Positions 1-13,349 of a DNA stretch of 64,000 bases are shown here, piece after piece. Where the stretch lies: assembly GCF_036365525.1 (NCBI RefSeq), contig NC_090393.1:54824488-54888487 (forward strand), in the 5' to 3' direction. The first letter of the stretch is position 1; every line of letters begins with the position of its first letter. This DNA comes from Heterodontus francisci. Taxonomy: Eukaryota. Made by a program: the position numbers and the translations under genes. The notes beneath the pieces are model-generated. The model worked only from the letters and a program-made list of their open reading frames with translations. It was not told the DNA's origin and ran no database searches.

Positions 1-1256
1 TTGGTGGAAGTAGCTCCAGGGGTTCAATCGCATTCTCCTGCTTCTAGTTCCGATGTAACTCCTGGGAAAAGGGCTTAAACCCAAAGTTTTCTGATCCAGA
101 CATGAGAAAGTTACCGCCTGAGGCAAACCAAGGACAGACTTGTAAATTACTCGTTTAAAATTGTTTTTGAAATTTACCTCATAGCAGAGAAATCTTGAAT
201 GGCAGAATTTATCATTGTTACAGTATGTAGCTAAATATTCCAATTACAATACCCTTCGAGTCTTTCGGGTTATTTAAATGGTTTTACCTTCTCTACTGAC
301 ATAAATAAATACATTTTAGAAGCAGGAACAATTATTCTATTGCTGATCCCGTGGTAGTATTGATACACAATGAAGCAGATTCGAAGGTACTGAATCTACC
401 AGACCATCCATAATGTCGGCGTGGGATCAAACACCGATGATTATTGCAATAAGCATTCAAAAATAAAGTTGGAAAAGGAGCGTCAGGTCTTTGTTTTCAT
501 GCACATTCAGGTACATTCAGCTAACTTGGGTAGACAAAACAGCAAAAAACGTGTGGCTAAATCCGGGAAACCTCTGGAAAATTTATCCGGAACTCTTGAA
601 GGCATTCAGGCAAGTCCCCAGAGATCAGTTACCCAGGACGCATCATTTGACCTAATGAAGTTCATCTCTGTCCAACCAATATTTCCCATTTCCAGTAAAA
701 ACATAGAACTGTACAAGAGAAAAAAACGTCCGTCTCCACCCATAAGATCTTTCCAAAGGCAACAAATCACTCATCCCATTTTTTATCCCTGGTAACATCA
801 ATATCCCTGTAATTCGGGGATTACAAAATATTTCATGATAACGTCTTCACTTAATGTGTTTTTTTTACAACTCTGCACGGGTCATTAAGCGCAGCTGAAC
901 CAGTCACAAGTATGAACTATTTTTAATACCGTCTGATACAGATTGACCAATGCTTTATGAAATACATTTCGAACCAGCAAGGCATTGTGATTGAATTGGT
1001 GCAGGCTCAATTGCACCCAGGACAAAATAATTATTCAGAAGCTTTCGGAACTTCACCCATATTATTGTAAATATTATACGACAGTTTCTTGAGCATTTGG
1101 CAAACAGAATAGAAGCGCGCATTCCTCTAAATACCAGGAGAGAATGGGAGAATTATCAATATATGTTCGAACTCATTTCACTACAAGTGGATTAAGCTGA
1201 AACGTGAAAACTCGTACTTCAAGAATCCCCGTTGTACATAGCAAAACATTACTTAC

Positions 1257-1607
1257 TGCCCAGATTCAGTTTAGTTCCTTTCCCGAAAGTGAATTCCCCA
1301 GCACTGGAATCCCAGGCAACACAATAATAGTCAGCGGTATCCCCGGATTGTACATCGGTGATGGTTAAATGCATAACGTTGCTCGACGTGTTCCTGGATC
1401 CAGTGAATCGATCAGGAATCCCCGAACCCCTGGTGGAATCATAGTCCCGCCAAACAAAGACAGGGGCACTGCCGGGTTTCTGCCAGTACCAGCTCGTGTA
1501 GTAGGTGCCCATGCTGCCTCCGGATATGGTGCAAGTGATTTTAACGGTTTTTCCCTGTGAAGTTGACATAGACGCTGGCTGAGTTAGTACAGTACCCGCG
1601 TTGGTAC
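1257..1607 (-). CDS. IGL: Ig light chain (lambda/type II) germline-joined V-J exon, cluster 1
   Basis: 351-nt exon between acceptor ttttcactag|GTACC and donor GGCA|gtaagt. Encodes TNA-GTVLTQP...ITC...WYWQKPG...DYYC-VAWDSSAGEFT-FGKGTKLNLG: both Ig cysteines, the Trp, and the J motif FGxG in one frame with no RSS or intervening DNA. Confidence 0.97.
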
Positions 1608-1739
1608 CTAGTGAAAAGATAAGTGACTTCAGTAAAACCCTGGAAAGTAATTGTAATTCAGATCCGTCCAACTCAAGTACCGCACCCGATCAGCGTAAAT
1701 ACAAAGAGATGTAAAAGACGTTTACAGTTCCATACTTAC

Positions 1740-1788
1740 ATTGCAAACAGAGCATCAGGGCGGTAAGAACACGAAGCCACTCACTCAT
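1740..1788 (-). CDS. IGL: Leader (signal peptide) exon of IgL cluster 1
   Basis: ATG at 1788, 49 nt encoding MSEWLRVLTALMLCLQ + T, then gtaagt donor. Phase 1 joins the V-J exon in frame (C-T-N-A-G-T-V-L-T-Q). Confidence 0.95.
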
Positions 1789-1877
1789 TTTGGGGATTTT
1801 TTTTATCAAGGTCAGAACAAAGTGTTTCCCTACTCGAACCTAATGATCGGCACCTTCTAAATCTCTCCTTAAGAACA

Positions 1878-1983
1878 TTTAAACAGGAGAATATCAGGTC
1901 ACCTTTATTATTTATGCAAATTTATACACGTTGCGGCAGTTCATTGGATCCTTGGAATTGGTCTGATTGACGTTTTCATACAG
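1878..1983 (-). promoter_or_regulatory. IgL promoter, cluster 1: octamer ATTTGCAT (1914-1921), TATA-like TTTAAA (1878-1883), CCAAT (1943-1947), TGACGT
   Basis: Octamer in light-chain orientation about 126 nt upstream of the ATG and about 30 nt upstream of TTTAAA. Same motifs and spacing occur upstream of cluster 2. Confidence 0.9.
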
Positions 1984-2924
1984 CGAATTTTAGCCAACAT
2001 TTTTTAAATGCTAGACTTATTCATTACATGGGGACGTTGAACGAGTTCGTATGAAACTCCACTGGCTGCTATTTAACAGAAATATTACACTACTTAAAAT
2101 GACGGTAAATTGAATTTCATTCAAACCTGAAAGGGAGATATAGCAAAACCATACAGTGCAATTTGACCCAATGCGTCTTTGAAGAATTGACTATTGTTCA
2201 TTTGAGAGGTCAAACTGCAGTGATTCAGCCACTGCACTAAAGCAACACTACGTTGTCAGCAGAGTGTGAATATCGCACATCTCCTTATTCTTCTATGAAC
2301 ATAAGCTTTAGTGATTTCAAATTTCTTCTATTTTCAAAATTCATTGTCTCAAACAACTCCTTTTGAAATTCCAATAAAGTCAACAAACGATACTCGATAA
2401 TATTACGTAAAATAGTTCACCCAAAGTAGTTGTTAATACTGCAGCTTTTTATTTCATGTTTTAATGACCAGAATTTTGTTTTAGAGAAATAACGGCATCA
2501 TCGCTCAGCGGGTAAATTCTGTTACCCGTGCACCCAGCAGGCGACTGAAAGTGCTGATGTCACATTTTCTCAGCGGCAGGACCAGAAGCGGAGAGGCTGC
2601 CCGCTTCAAGGAGATGGGCAGCCGATTAACATCGTTGAAGACCCAAGAAGGGGCCATTTTAATGTGCCGTTGGTGACCACCCACCAGGTGGGGAGGCCAC
2701 CAGCGAAGTGGAGGCGGCCTCCCAGTGGCATCTTGCGGGGACGAGGGAGTGGTAGCAGGCTTCACGAGTATCTTTTACCATCCGAGCAAGCAGACAGTTT
2801 AATATCTCATCCGAAAGACGGTACCTCTGAGCTGAGACTTCAGAGCTGCCGGCCCTCTGATTTGGTTGGTAGCATCAGGAGCCTGCCCAGGCTGAACAGA
2901 TCCCACTACCTGCGAAGTGGGGCG

Positions 2925-3890
2925 TAGGTGGTGGCATAGTGGTAATGTCACTGGACTAGTAATGCAGAGGTACACTACAGCCTGCCGGACTGAACATTGA
3001 GTTCAATAATTTCAGAGCATCACAGCCCCCCATTTTACTTTTATCTTTAGTCATTTTTTCTTTTTTGCATTTTTTACAATTTTTTTTTGTTTATTTCATT
3101 TCATCTTAGTTTGTTCAGTTTGCTTACTCACTGTTTTTTTTCATGTTTGAACTTGCTGCTGTTCAATCTTCAGTCCGTTAACACCCGATCTGTTCCGAAG
3201 AAGGGTCACTGACCGGAAACGTTAACTCTGCTTCTCTTTTCACAGATGCTGCCAGACCTGCTGAGTAGTTCCAGCATTTCTTGTTTTTATTCCCGATCTG
3301 TACTAATGCTTTGTCTTTCAACACACCATTAACATATTGTTTGCCTTTGCTCCATGACCTATTGGTCAGCTATGTGGCCTTGTCCAATCTACACCTTGTT
3401 ATCTCTTGCCCCCCCCCTCCCCCACCCCCGCCTCACTTGCTTATAACCTTTGACATTTCTAATATTTGCTACTTCCGAAGAAGGGTCACTGACCCGAAAC
3501 GTTAACTCAGCTTTTCTTTCCACAGATGCTGCCAGACCTGCTGAGTGGTTCCAGCATTTCTTGTTTTTATTTCATATTTCCAGCATCCGCAGTATTTTGC
3601 TTTTATTATAGTAATCCAGAGGCCCTGGCTAATGCTCTGGGTTCAAATCCCACCATGGCAGATGGTGAAATCTGAATTCAATTGATTAAAAATCTGGAAT
3701 TAAAAGCGTGTCTATTGGTGATCATGAAACCATTGTCAGTTGTTGTAAAAATTCACTTTAGGGAAGGAAATCTGCCATCCTTACCTCATCTGGCTTACAT
3801 GTGACTCTTAAATGCCCTCTGAAATGGCCTAGCAAGCTATTCAGTAGAAGGGCAGTTAGGGATGGGTAATAAATGCTGGCCAAGCCAGCA
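2925..3890 (+). mobile_element. tRNA-derived SINE, split by the Penelope insertion
   Basis: A-box TGGCATAGTGG (about 2932), B-box GGTTCAAATCC (about 3640), tail AGGGATGGGTAATAAATGCTGGCC shared with LINE fragments. Related pieces at about 6325-6510, 23950-24095 and 35295-35530 (minus strand). Confidence 0.7.
2971..3608 (+). mobile_element. Penelope-like 3' fragment with tandemly duplicated pLTR end, inserted in a tRNA-derived SINE
   Basis: Two copies of an about 100-nt block (3191-3290, 3471-3570). TSD TAGTAAT[G/C]CAGAGG at 2957-2970 and 3609-3622. Confidence 0.8.
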
Positions 3891-4099
3891 AACAAATAAC
3901 CTGATTTTAAATAAATAAAAAGTAACAAAAAAATTATGCAAACGCTTTTATTAATAGTGGTGTACACTTGTCAGTTTCTTCGTAAATTAAATACTTTTAA
4001 CGTTTAAAACTTTTAATAAGTGCCCATTAGTGCCTTTGTGCTTAATTGTAAGAGCTATATCAAAAGGCCACAATCAGGTGCAATTAGCATTAACTTGCC

Positions 4100-4467
4100 A
4101 TTCTCCTTATACAATAGGCTGAAACCTCCCGTGCCAGTCTAGGCCCCACAAACTGTGCTGTTTCTCAGAAATCCCCTATGTGCTCTGCGCAGAGGAGTTT
4201 CCTATACAGGCTGCTCTTGTACACCCTCCACTTCCTCACCCACATCAGCCATCAGGACACGCTGTGGCATTGCACCCTGCCATCCGGAGGAGGTGGGGGA
4301 CCTTTGTGGGTGGCTCTCCACTTGGTTATCCTCCCTTTGTACATCGGGGATTTGGCATGGAGGGTGTTGCATGTGGCGGTCCCGTGCACTAGAATGTTAA
4401 GTCGTATCACAGCCTCCCAGGCCGCCAATAATTTGTGAGGCCTGGAGGAGTCCTTGTTTCATATATG

Positions 4468-4507
<40 letters not shown>

Positions 4508-4930
4508 TGTTGCAGTGTCTCTCGCTATTTGAGGGGGCTGCTCCTCAATTTCTGGCTGCACTTCTGTCCCACACCCAATGCAGAAGGGAGTGGGCACATT
4601 GGAGGACCTCCTCATTGGACTGCACCTGGGCCTGGCCGCAGTGGCCATCAAACGGTCCAGGCAATGGGGGATTGAGGGGGTTGTTCAGCCTCACTGCTTG
4701 TCTCTCTTCCTTGGCTATTTTCGTGCCCAGGTGTCCTTGGAGAGGGACCACATGGTGTCCGCCGCTATATTTGAGGCCTTCTGTGACCAGTGGGCACTGG
4801 GGAGACTGGAGTGCATCATCACACCTGGTTTGGTCACTGATTAGCTAAGTTTCCTTTAAGGTTTTTGGATTTTTTTACAATGTATTAGTGGTGCCAGTTT
4901 CAGAGGGGGCACTTAATTCCTTTTTATTAA
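4100..4930 (+). mobile_element. Tx1/L1-clade LINE 3' remnant
   Basis: GDLAWRVLHVAVPC, LRGLLLNFWLHF, LGLAAVAIKRSR and FEAFCDQWA resemble the Tx1 ORF2 C-terminus. (TA)n(GA)n expansion inside at 4461-4507. Confidence 0.65.
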
Positions 4931-6588
4931 CAACCTCTCGGTTGGTCCAAAAGAGGTATGTAATGAGCTGAATCCTTGTGGCAAGGGCCGTAGTCCCAGT
5001 GCAGGAGCGGCTACCGCTTGGGTTGGGAGCTGACTTGTGATCGCAATTCGGTGGTGGCCGGCCAATTAACTGCCGGGAGACGCAGGGGCCATCCACACAG
5101 GCCGCGGTGATGGCGTGAGGTCACGCTGCTGGAAGTGCTGGTATCTCATTTTCTCAGCGGCAGGACCGGAAGCGGAGAGGCTATCTTCTTCAAGCAGCTG
5201 GGCAGCCGATTAACAGAATTGAAGACCCAAGTAGGGGCCATTTTAATGTGCCTTTGGTGATCACCCACCACGTGGGGAGGCCACCAGCGAAATGGAGGCG
5301 GCCTGTCAGTGAATTCTTGCGGGGGCGGGGGAGTGGTGGTAGGCTGCATGGGGATCTATTCCCTTCCGAGCGAGCAGTCAGTGCCTCGGTTTAATGTCTC
5401 ATCTGAACGACAGCACCTCTGAGCTGAGGCTTCAGAGCTGCCGGCCCTTTGATTTGGCTGGTAGCATCAGGAGCCTGCCAGGTTGTAGTAAAATTGCTGA
5501 ACAGGTTCTGCTGCCGGCAAGTGCGGGCTGAGAACCTACTTTTTAACTGCTATGTTGCGGTCCCGATGCCTGTGGTGAAACTCAGGGATTAGTCCTCCGC
5601 ATTACAGGATGGCATCCCATCCTCTAGTCTCCATGAACTTCAGCTCCTCCAAAACATTTTCTGCAAATATCCTAATAGTACTAAGTCCTGCTCAGTCAGC
5701 CTAATCCTCACTGACCTATTTTGTCTCCCAGTTCCCTTACGCATCTGATTTAAAGTTATGATTCTTGTGGTTAAATGCATCCAGGCTTCTGCCTTATTCA
5801 TCCCTGTAACCCCTTCGAGGCTTACAGCTCCACTTTAGCTCCCTATTCCTCTGATGCCAGTGTTTTGTGCATCTCATATTCCCATTACCCTTGGGCGAGC
5901 TTTTAGCCATCGAAGTTCCACTCACTGGAACTCCTCCTTTTACCCTTCATCCTCGCAACTCCTCTTTCTCGTCTTGAAACGCACCTCTTTGACCAAGCTT
6001 CTTAATCATCTCTCCTCTTTGGCTCTGTATCCAATTTCTCATCATGTCTTGAAAATTGTACCATTTTAAAGATGCTGCATAAATGCAAGTTATTGTTGTT
6101 TTATATTGCAGTCCAGAGATTCGATCTGTATCACTCGGAAGTGACTTACATGTTGTTTGATTCAATTGGGCCAATCTGACACTCTGACTGGTGAAGGTGG
6201 ACAGATGAAAGAACTTCTCTGAAACTTCCTGTATAGCAGAGAATTTGGTGTAGAAAAACATCCTACCTACTGATAACCTGTGAAAGATGTCAGTAAAATA
6301 TAATATGATATATATATATTTTTTTTTAAAATGATATTTCATGGGATGTGGGCATCGCTGGCAAAGCCAGCATATGTTGCCCATCCCACTGAATGGCTTG
6401 CTAAGCCATTTCAGAGGGCAGTTAAGGTTCGACTGCATTGCTGTGGTTTTGGAGACATATGTAGGTCAGACCAGGTAAGGGCAGCATATTGCCTTCCCTA
6501 AAAGACATATTTGTTCCCGTATATTTTCAAAGGATGTTAAATGTCAGAGGTTTAAAGCCAGCATTCAGACAGCTAAGGCTTGCTCTAC

Positions 6589-7678
6589 TGTGATGTTTCA
6601 CCACTTAAGAAGTCTAGTCCATTGTATTGTCAAGAAAACACGATATGCCAAATGAGAAATATTAATTCGTCAGTCGGAAACTTACATTAGACTTTTAGTG
6701 GAGAAAATCTTACAGTTAATTTTTTTTAAAACTGGCAGCCAAGATGGCCACCGCAATTTGCATCTGAAACACCTTTGTACATTCCAACACGCAACTGGAG
6801 ACAGAAGTCTGAGAAGCCCTGGACCCAGAACAATGGCTTGCTCTAAGTAATTGTATTAGCTGGAATTGCTTCATTATCACGACATTCAAGGCAATTCTAA
6901 CACATTGACTTTGAAAGAGAAACTATTCCAAGTGTAAATATTGGCTTCCTGGGGCCTGTGGCACCAATCCTGAATAAACTGAATATCTAGGAATACACTG
7001 AAGGGTCATGTGACCGTCTGCCCGTCTCTGAAAAAAATGGGAGATTTGTTAAAAACAAGGGACAAACAGTAACTGAGTGTGCAGCAGCAGAAAAGGCTGT
7101 GTGCTCCCTTTCTCTCTCTCCTGAAAACATCAAGTTTAAAAACTGTCTACGACTGTGGACCCTCCAAGCCTACAGACTGCTACAGACAGAGACCAGGGGA
7201 AGAGAGCCACTTACAAGACCACCTCCAAGAAAACCCTGAGCCAAACGGGCCAGTGCACTTTTAACAGCCAAAGACTTCAATAATACAACTCCAGCTGGAA
7301 GGCCACCGAATCATCCAACCTCAGACTATGTATTTAACTTTTATTTATTCCAGACTTTAATGCAACCACAAAATCTACTTTTCCCTCTGTATTCTACTTG
7401 TATATGGTTCTCCTGTGAATGTGCCGCGAATGTGTAGCGTATTTTTTTTAGATCAGGTTTAGATGGTTAAGTATAATGAACTCGCGTCTTTCTTGTTTAA
7501 ACTCAAGAAACCCTGTTCGATTGGTTCTTTCATGATCACATTAAAGGTAGAAGGTAAAAAGAAACTCACTGAGGTGGTAAGCACAACCACTGTTTAAAAA
7601 AGGAATAACCCTGTTGCGGTCAAATAAAAGGAAGAGCAAGTTAGGCGACTGTCACCTCCTCCTCACCTGGCTGTAACG
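6589..7678. mobile_element. Possible solo LTR
   Basis: Starts TGTGATG, ends TGTAACG, LTR-like composition. No TSD confirmed. Confidence 0.3.
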
Positions 7679-9073
7679 GTATGTTTAGATGTCGCAGAGG
7701 CGAAGACCTGGGGGAGGATAGGAATGTATGTCAACTGCTACGTGTATTCATGTTGAGTAGTGTTCAATTATTTATTTAACATTAAATAAATGTGTAGGTT
7801 GGTTTACCCTTTGAGCTTATCCAGGTAAACCTATTTTCATCGGCCTACAAGAAGATTAGGATATCACGCCAGTAGTAGTGCAAGGAAGCAATGCTCAATC
7901 CTTGGGCCACATTTCATTTTCCTCGATACTGAGCAAGGAAAGACACATAGTTTACTGGAGGAAGGCTGATCCGTACATGGGTGTTGTCATTGGCATTGAT
8001 TGCAACTGGTATGTGTAATGTGTAAAAAAAAAGCAAAAGGCAACAAGCAACAGGCCGAACATTGCAGATCGCCGTGCGACAATCCATCATACCCTCCAAG
8101 TGACCAATCAACAGCGCCATAAAAAGTCACTGAGTGACTTCTCCCCTCCCGGGATACCACGCAATGTGAAGATATGCAAGCGGGCTGAATTTGATACGTA
8201 AATATATGTTTAAAAAGAATAAAAATACAAAAAAGAACAAATTCAGAAAAAAATACCAAGTACAGCACAATTCACATCTTCACCTACAAAATGTTTGGTG
8301 CAAAATGCCGATTCGCGTGTTTTTTTTCCCCCCAATTGATTTCTTCAGTCGTTTACACACTGTAAAAACAAGTGGCGGAAAAAGATGGTAATTATAGAAG
8401 GATGCAAGTCGAGGCCCAGTGTAGAGTGCGATGGAGATATTGAATAACGTCAGTGAGATTCGACGATTATCTCTACACCAATGAGATCACCCGCAATCAA
8501 CCTCGATTTATCTGTGTTGAACATGATCCATTATTGCCACGTCGGAGTTACCATATTTCACCGAATGCGGCTCTGTGAAGTGTGGCAGTGATTGTCCCAG
8601 GTTTCGCTCTTGTGAACGCTGGGCGTCGCTCAGTCAACCTAATGGCACTATGGTGAAATCTTGTACTGATAACATATTTTCAGGAGTCCGGACCATGTCA
8701 GGGTCCCGAACCTGCTCAAGTCTGCAGTGTGCACTCCAGCCCGATCTCCCAGGATACGGCTTCCTAATTGGCCGCCCCGGACCCGCTGTCCAATTAAGGG
8801 TGGCGGGAGAGTTGGTGGCGGGACCGTTCCTGAGACCGCAGGTCCAATCAGAGGGCTTGAACCTGGGGACGGCCAGCAGCCCCAATGGGAGAGTTGGGAG
8901 TTGCTAAGGCCGAAATGTGAGCGTCAGGCCACCTTAAAATGGAAGAATCTTCGGAAGCTTAAATAAATTCCAAAAAAAGTCCCAATGCCGGTCGGGCATT
9001 GGAGTAGAGAAGAAACCTCTTCGGAGAATTTATTTCGGCCATAGGTGTGGCCTTTTAACCCCGGGGCCCTGAC

Positions 9074-11230
9074 AAAAAGAACAAAGAACAAAGAACAGTA
9101 CAGCACAGGAACAGGCCATTCGGCCCTCCAAGCCTGCGCCGATCTTGATGCCTGCCTAAACTAACACCTTCTGCACTTCCGGGGCTTATATCCCTCTATT
9201 CCCTTCCTATTCATGTATTTGTCAAGATGTCTCTTAAACGTCGCTGTCGTATCTGCTTCCACCACCTCCCCTGGCAGCAAGTTCCAGGCACTCACCACCC
9301 TCTGTGTAAGGAACGTGCCTCGCACGTCCCCTCTAAACATTGCCCCTCGCACCTTAAACCTATGTCCCCTAGTAACTGACTCTTCCACCCTGGGAAAAAG
9401 CTTCTGACTATCCACTCTGTCCATGCCGCTCATAACTGTGTAAACCTCTATCATGTCGCCCCTCCACCTCCGTCGTTCGAGTGAAAACAATCCGAGTTTT
9501 TCCAACCTCTCCTCATAGCTAATGCCCTCCAGACCAGGCAACATCCTGGTAAACCTCCTCTGTACCCTCTCCAAAGCCTCCACGTCCTTCTGGTAGTGTG
9601 GTGACCAGAATTGCACGCAATATTCTAAGTGTGGCCTAACGAAGGTTCTGTACAGCTGCAACATGACTTGCCAATTTTTATACTCTATGCCCCGACCGAT
9701 GAAGGCAAGCATGCTGTATGCCTTCTTGACTACTTTATCCACCTGCATTGCCACTTTCAGTGACCTGTGGACCTGTACGCCCAGATCTCTCTGCCTGTCA
9801 ATACTCCTAAGGGTTCTGCCATTTACTGCATACCTCCCACCTGCATTAGACCTCCCAAAATGCATTACCTCACATTTGTCTGGATTAAACTCCATCTGCC
9901 ATTTCTCCACCCAAGTCGCCAACCGATCTATATCCTGCTGTATCCTCTGACAATCCTCATCATTATCCGCAACTCCACCAACCTTTGTGTTGTCCGCAAA
10001 CTTACTAATCAGAAAAGCTACATTTTCCTCCAAATCATTTATATTTACTGCAAACAGCAAAGGTCCCAGCACTGATCCCTGCGGAACACCACTAGTCACA
10101 TTCCTCAATTCAGAAAAACACCCATCCACTGATACCCTCTGTCTTCTATGACCGAGCCAGTTCTGTATCCATCTTGCCAGCTCACCTCTGATCCTATGTG
10201 ACTTCACCTTTTGTACCAGTCTGCCATGCGGGACCTTGTCAAAGGCTTTACTAAAGTCCATATAGATAACATCCACTGCCCTTCTTTCATCAATCATCTT
10301 CGTCACTTCATCAAAAAACTATATCAAATTAGTAAGACACGACCTCCCCTTCACAAAACCATGCTGTCTCTCGCTAATAAGTTCGTTTGTTTCCAAATGG
10401 GAGTAAATCCTGTCCCGAATAATCCTCTCTAATAGTTTCCCTATCACTGACGTAAGGCTCACCAGCCTATAATTTCCTGGATTATCCTTGCCACCCTTCT
10501 TAAACAAAGGAACAACATTGGCTATTCGCCAGTCCTCTGACACCTCACCTGTAACCAATGAGGATGCAAAGATTTCTGTCAAGGCCCCAGCAATTTCCTC
10601 CCTTGGCTCCCTCAGTATTCTAGGGTAGATCCCATCAGGTCCTGGGGACTTGTCTACCTTAATGCTTTGCAAGACACCCAACCCCTCCTCCTTTTTGATA
10701 ATGAGATGACTGAGACTATCTGCACTCCCTTCCCTAGGCTCATCATCCACCAAGTCATTCTCTTTTGTGAATACTGATGCAAAGTACTCATTTAGCACCT
10801 CGCCCATTTCCTCTGGCTCCACACATAGATTCCCTTCTCTGTCCTTGAGTGGGCCAACCCTTTCCCTGGTTACCCTCTTGCTCTTTATATACGTATAAAA
10901 AGCCTTGGGATTTTCCTTAATCCTGTTTGCCAATAACGTTTCATGACCTCTTTTAGCCGTCCTAACTCCTTGCTTAAGTTCCTTCCCACTGTCTTTATAT
11001 TCCTCAAGTGCTTCGTCTGTTCCTAGCCTTCCAGCCCTTACAAATGCTTCCTTTTTCTTTTTGACTAGGCTCACAATATCCTGCGTTATCCAAGCTTCCC
11101 GAAACTTGCCAAACTTGTCTTTCTTCCTCACAGGAACATGCTGGTCCTGGATTCTAATCAGCTGACGTTTGAAAGACTCCCACATGTCAGATGTTGATTT
11201 ACCCTCAAACAGCCGCCCCCAATCTAAATT
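9074..11230 (-). mobile_element. CR1 LINE (HER1-like), 5'-truncated, young copy A
   Basis: KSPGPDGIYPR, YMDFSKAFDKVPH, GVPQGSVLGP, KFADN, RPHLEYCVQFWSP. One frameshift near 10315. (TTCTTTG)n tail. Confidence 0.93.
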
Positions 11231-12929
11231 CCTGTCTATGAGGCATGTAGCCTCCAGCTCCGATGGCCCCTCCACCCGGCCCAAACTACTGCCAAGAGAG
11301 CGCTTCCACGGAGCTTCCAGGCTCTGTAGTCAGCAGGAGTGCACTCTGACGGTGGATGATCCCAGTGGAGTCCTCCCCGTCCTCCCCATTAGTTACTTAA
11401 TTGATCATTATTGACTAGCTGCAGCTGCCAGGTGAGGAGCTGCTGCCGATGTTCACCTGCTTCCGACATGATTGCTGGGACGTGGGAATGTTTTGGAGTG
11501 CAACTCGACTCCGCTATCTCTGATCATTCTCCCAGTCCCGCCTAAAAACCCGCCTCAACCTCGGACCGGGAAAATTCCACCTGATAGCTTGGTTTCTCCC
11601 TCCACGATTGCTGCCGGACCTGCTGAGTATCTTTATTTAAGATTTCCAACATTTGCAACTTGTTGGATGGGGTTGAGCGGCCGACTTACGGTGCTATGTT
11701 TCTCTTGGGAGAAATTTATTTACACAGGGAGTAGTGAGAATGTGGAACTCACTGTCACATGGAATAGCTGAAACAGATAGCACTGTTGCAGTAAAGGGGA
11801 GGTTTTTTGCATGCATGAGGGAGGAAGGGATAGAGACATATAAGGGCAAGGTGATTAAAAAGTAATGAGTTGGGGGAGGCTCTTGTGGACTATGAACATG
11901 GCACTGACCATTTGGGTCGAATGGCTTGTTTCTGTGCTACGTATTCCAGGTAATTTTATGTAATGATAAGCCATTTAAAATGCCACGCATTCATGCCAAG
12001 TTTGAGCATCTTTATCAAACCTAACCTTCTTCGCTCGAAGGCGAGCAACCCCAACTTTTCGTATCTCTCCACATATTTGAAGGCGCTCATCTCTGGTATC
12101 ATTCTTGTACATCTCTTCTGTGCCCTTTTCATGGCCTTGACATCCTCTGTAAAGTGTTCTTCCCAGAATTGAACACAATACTTCATCTGAGGCCTAACCG
12201 GTGATTTCTTACAACAAGACTGATACTAACCCTACATGTTTCTGCGCGTTGACGGAGGCATTAAGATTTCCCCAGTCATGTCTAATAAAATATGTAGCAG
12301 TAAGCAGTGTTTCCTGCCATTCTTTTTCCAAACCTGCCTAAATGGGTATACTTCCATTTAGTTCCGATTCCTGAAAACCAGTTGAACAAAACTCTGACGA
12401 GAATCAAGGGTTGGGCCCTTCTGGTGTACAGTGAATGGGTGGCAAGGTTGAATTGCGAGTGCTTGCCGAAAGTGTGAGGAATATGAAGCCCGATTTGTGA
12501 GGTTCATTGATTCCGTTATAAATGTTTCAGGTTTCCATTGGAAATCTCCCTCGTTGTTTCCTTGTTGTTACACAGAATGAGTACTGCTGTAAAGTGCAAA
12601 AGGTAAATTCTCCTCTTTAACTAATCGTCATGAATTACAACTTGTCAGTGCTGTTCTGCGTGAACAAAGACAAGGGATTCCTCATAGTCTCACGATACCA
12701 CTTCCTATGGACATATCGCTGCATGCAATGATCATGCAGGAGGAGAGAATCAGCGCAGAGTTCAGCAAGGCAGCTTCAGGCAGCATTTAAGAAGGATGCA
12801 TGCAACCAGATCTTACTCTATATGAGAAACTTTACGAGGAGCTCTGCATAAGTAAAGCTCTGCATACTTAAAGAGGTAATAGGGCAACTCTGTAAATGGG
12901 CCTACAGCCATGTTCATCTACTCACTTTG

Positions 12930-13175
12930 ATCGCTCAGGAGCTATGGAGGTAATTACCGCCCTCAATTTTTATATCATAAAATATTTCTGACATGCTTGA
13001 GGAATCTCTGTAATGTCACCCAGGTATTATTATGGGCCTTTTATTCGTTGAGTTGTTGGCAAATACATTACTTTAGGAATCATAGCAAGGCAGAAGCAAG
13101 TTAGGGCCATGTACTTTTCTAGGGCTGTTGTTTCCCTAAATACTGCAATCGATGGCATGTATGATGCTTTATAAA
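12930..13175 (+). mobile_element. PIF/Harbinger transposase remnant
   Basis: Decayed VITALNFY…GIS…FP…AIDG motifs with frameshifts. Confidence 0.5.
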
Positions 13176-13349
13176 CTCTCACAAAAAGCCCCTTCAACTA
13201 CATCAGCAGGAGGCGCTCCATACCCCATGTAGTAATTTCAATCTTTCCAATTTCCTAATGTCGTCAATTATCAAATCAATAAGGATCGACTGCAACCAAT
13301 ATGGTGGGTATGTTGAGTTTACTCGGGACAATTTCATATCTAACATTAT

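Larger units (their letters stand above)
2548..5530 (+). repeat. About 380-bp direct repeat pair (2548-2925 and 5131-5530), GC-rich interspersed element
   Basis: Colinear match, e.g. CATTTTCTCAGCGGCAGGACC…GGCCATTTTAATGTGCC…GGTAGCATCAGGAGCCTGCC. Confidence 0.8.

Noticed and set aside
421-795. 124-aa plus-strand ORF
   Set aside because: Antisense within the J-C intron, non-ATG start, no recognisable domain, not conserved as an ORF in the paralogous intron.
1249-1671. ORF-track starts and stops for the Ig ORFs (also 51935-52378 and 47929-48288)
   Set aside because: They run into introns; true boundaries are set by splice sites and the separate leader exons.
6756-6763. Extra ATTTGCAT octamers (also 35746-35753) as promoter for the orphan C
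   Set aside because: Both lie in repeat-like sequence with no leader or V exon following; the second is downstream of the C exon.
9213-10432. Antisense ORFs recurring over CR1 and RTE copies
   Set aside because: Shadow frames of the retrotransposon ORFs, repeated only because the elements are repeated.
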